Shown here piece by piece: positions 50,201-50,867 of a DNA stretch of 50,867 nucleotides (within the stretch, counting starts at the first letter, position 1; every line of letters begins with the position of its first letter). The notes beneath the pieces were generated by a model that worked only from the letters and a program-made list of their open reading frames with translations, searched no databases and was not told the origin of the DNA. Both the position numbers and the translations under genes were made by a program. Source of the DNA: an uncultured bacterium (lineage in GTDB: Bacteria; Schekmanbacteria; GWA2-38-11; J061); the NCBI GenBank assembly GCA_964549305.1, contig CAZJVM010000002.1:47245-98111 (forward strand), written 5' to 3'.

Positions 50201-50625
50201 CTGAAATTTTAGGTGCGACTGTGAAAATCTTTGCAAACAAATCAAAGAGCGAACCTGTTATTTACAGCAATGTGGATCTTATTCCCGATGTAACTGTGCT
50301 TTCTTCTCCTTCGCAGAATAACTGGACTATAGATGCATCTACAAGAACAGGTAAATGCAAAAAGAAGAATAATAAGAAGAATGAGCTTGGTTCCAAGATA
50401 AAGATATATATAAACGGAGTTGAGGAAATTCTTCATACAAGCTGTTCAACTCCTTTATCGGCAGGTGCGCCTGCACCGCTTGATAATCCTAAAGGTGCGC
50501 CTTCGACAAACTGGTTTGTCGAGGATTTCATCCAGAATAGCAGCAAAGGTGAGAAAAAGCACAAAGGACATGAGGAGGAACATCACAAGAAGAAGCATCA
50601 CAAAGAAGAGCACCACGACGATTAA
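47248..50625 (+). CDS. Large secreted multidomain protein (domain shared with the PEP-CTERM neighbour, three SdrD B-like repeats, three Cys/HTSCS modules, His-rich tail)
   Basis: Signal peptide; IGD[FY]VW[EN]D.N.[DN]G.Q...EP repeats ending DAGL; three HTSCSxPL motifs; AGGAGG RBS. Confidence 0.9.
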   Translation: MKIQSKYLFVLIAILFFSSLFLIRSDAALLGNTLNYPLQTFDRSGSIKYNATTDQLSVNCSPVAIRLTSTSFPRFINAPSSTIPEEVTIHITVDSAGNLVGGMAGDDLKVVGAVDIDGDALIDYSGVLLTGEIAEFGYSDSGGPTDFYDFRFTMTGGLLSHLFAGSDIGIEVASENSTFVEDFNVNFGGGGKGNIGLVTGTASIGDFVWEDLNADGKQGIGEPGIEGISVRLSWVGPDDIAGTTDDIALITSTTGVNGEYLFDNLGSGVYFIDFVNPLGYISSPQDLGLDNSIDSDPDVTTGRTITTTLDVGESDLSWDAGLYRTASIGDFVWNDVNQDGIQESGEPGIENVTVSLFDCGADNTAGTSDDVLLATTTTDINGFYLFSDLTPGNYYLQFQSPSGFVFSQSNQGIDDALDSDADALTGIAGCIALSSGENNMTVDAGLYIPPTGEIGDYVWNDINSNGIQDSGEPPVGGVVVELYNCGPDQIAGTVDDVLLATTVTDANGFYLFADLVAGDYFVKFIPLAGYDFTMQDQGFDDALDSDADLLTGQTVCTSLFAGESNRSLDAGLVQPCTIDVVKTCSVTPPPPSGNDCNGKVTSMVFIYTGEGCSATNNSQDPAKVRCVGGSALTNAVDVIVTNKKDNLIYANLQGVPLNGSIFIDAVAAGQAKLDSETHIKIYDSFDNSLIEDVAMHTSCSQPLNVGDQFGSLKVAELTTTNGGTVGLPATTPSTTDCEIIASPLASCQGKVNVLSLRYLGGDCNATNNWQEGKTLCQDNSIISDPVRIVARSKDRSKTYLDTGSPANINLGDVVDIIATDGGFSQLESETNIDIYDASGTLAQTLTIHTSCSKPLNLGDVFGALEVFGMDTTQGGHVAIGTEVEYNYAITNTGSSPVINVAVIDDVFGEIPGSPISSINPGETVILTHYSMVSQTTQNTVTVTANPGTSQCIAQATSTVTVQEPPVAPKECTGKIKAILLKYTGPEILGATVKIFANKSKSEPVIYSNVDLIPDVTVLSSPSQNNWTIDASTRTGKCKKKNNKKNELGSKIKIYINGVEEILHTSCSTPLSAGAPAPLDNPKGAPSTNWFVEDFIQNSSKGEKKHKGHEEEHHKKKHHKEEHHDD

Positions 50626-50663
50626 AAAAGAAGTATAGGCAGTATCCGACTGCTGAATAACTC

Positions 50664-50698
50664 AAGGGGCAGTGTCAATCCGACACTGCCCCTTTTTT
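50664..50698 (+). terminator. Intrinsic terminator of the PEP-CTERM operon
   Basis: AAGGGGCAGTGTC-AATCC-GACACTGCCCCTT perfect stem followed by a T tract. Confidence 0.9.
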
Positions 50699-50763
50699 AT
50701 GGGGGCATGTATTTCTTTCTCACTTTTTGATATAATGAATAAACAGCACATTATTCATTATGC

Positions 50764-50792
50764 TTGAAATCTCATTCAGATACAGGTATATA
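50764..50792 (+). promoter_or_regulatory. Putative sigma70 promoter of the tRNA gene
   Basis: TTGAAA-N17-TATATA; an extended -10 TGATATAAT also lies at 50728-50736. Confidence 0.4.
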
Positions 50793-50815
50793 GACAACAG
50801 AATTTTTCAAACAAT

Positions 50816-50867
<52 letters not shown>

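Noticed and set aside
50420-50638. Arg/Lys-rich 72-aa overlapping ORF, and the many other short ORFs overlapping or antisense to known genes
   Set aside because: Shadow frames of well-supported genes with no RBS or recognisable motifs
37615-50815. Genomic island integrated at tRNA-Arg
   Set aside because: No integrase, transposase or att duplication is visible, and the region lies 5' of the tRNA whereas integration usually affects the 3' side

Overview
AT-rich bacterial chromosomal window. Gene style suggests Desulfobacterota/Nitrospinota-like relatives or a related candidate phylum, which is an inference only. It starts in motA-motB and then runs through housekeeping genes: rsmE, HIT, ybeY, phoH, fur, a REC-GGDEF/REC-HD-GYP pair, an acyl-CoA carboxylase trio, ilvBN, khpA, a dnaA detached from dnaN with no DnaA-box cluster, a galT/two-component cluster, and argDFGH-(LptM-like Fn3 lipoprotein)-lysA-dapFAB. 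A more accessory stretch follows (MFS, an ERIC-like 128-bp palindrome, cold-shock gene, class II aldolase, NamZ, O-methyltransferase, atypical PA/M28 protein). The window ends in a partial tRNA-Arg(UCU). The best candidate for an undescribed system is a two-gene operon with a sigma54 promoter, two phased enhancer boxes and IHF-like sites. It encodes a small PEP-CTERM-anchored protein and a 1125-aa secreted, unanchored protein whose N-terminal domain is visibly homologous to it, followed by three SdrD B-like repeats, three Cys/HTSCS modules and a His-rich tail. This suggests an anchor-plus-cargo surface assembly. All calls come from reading the sequence by eye; no searches were run.
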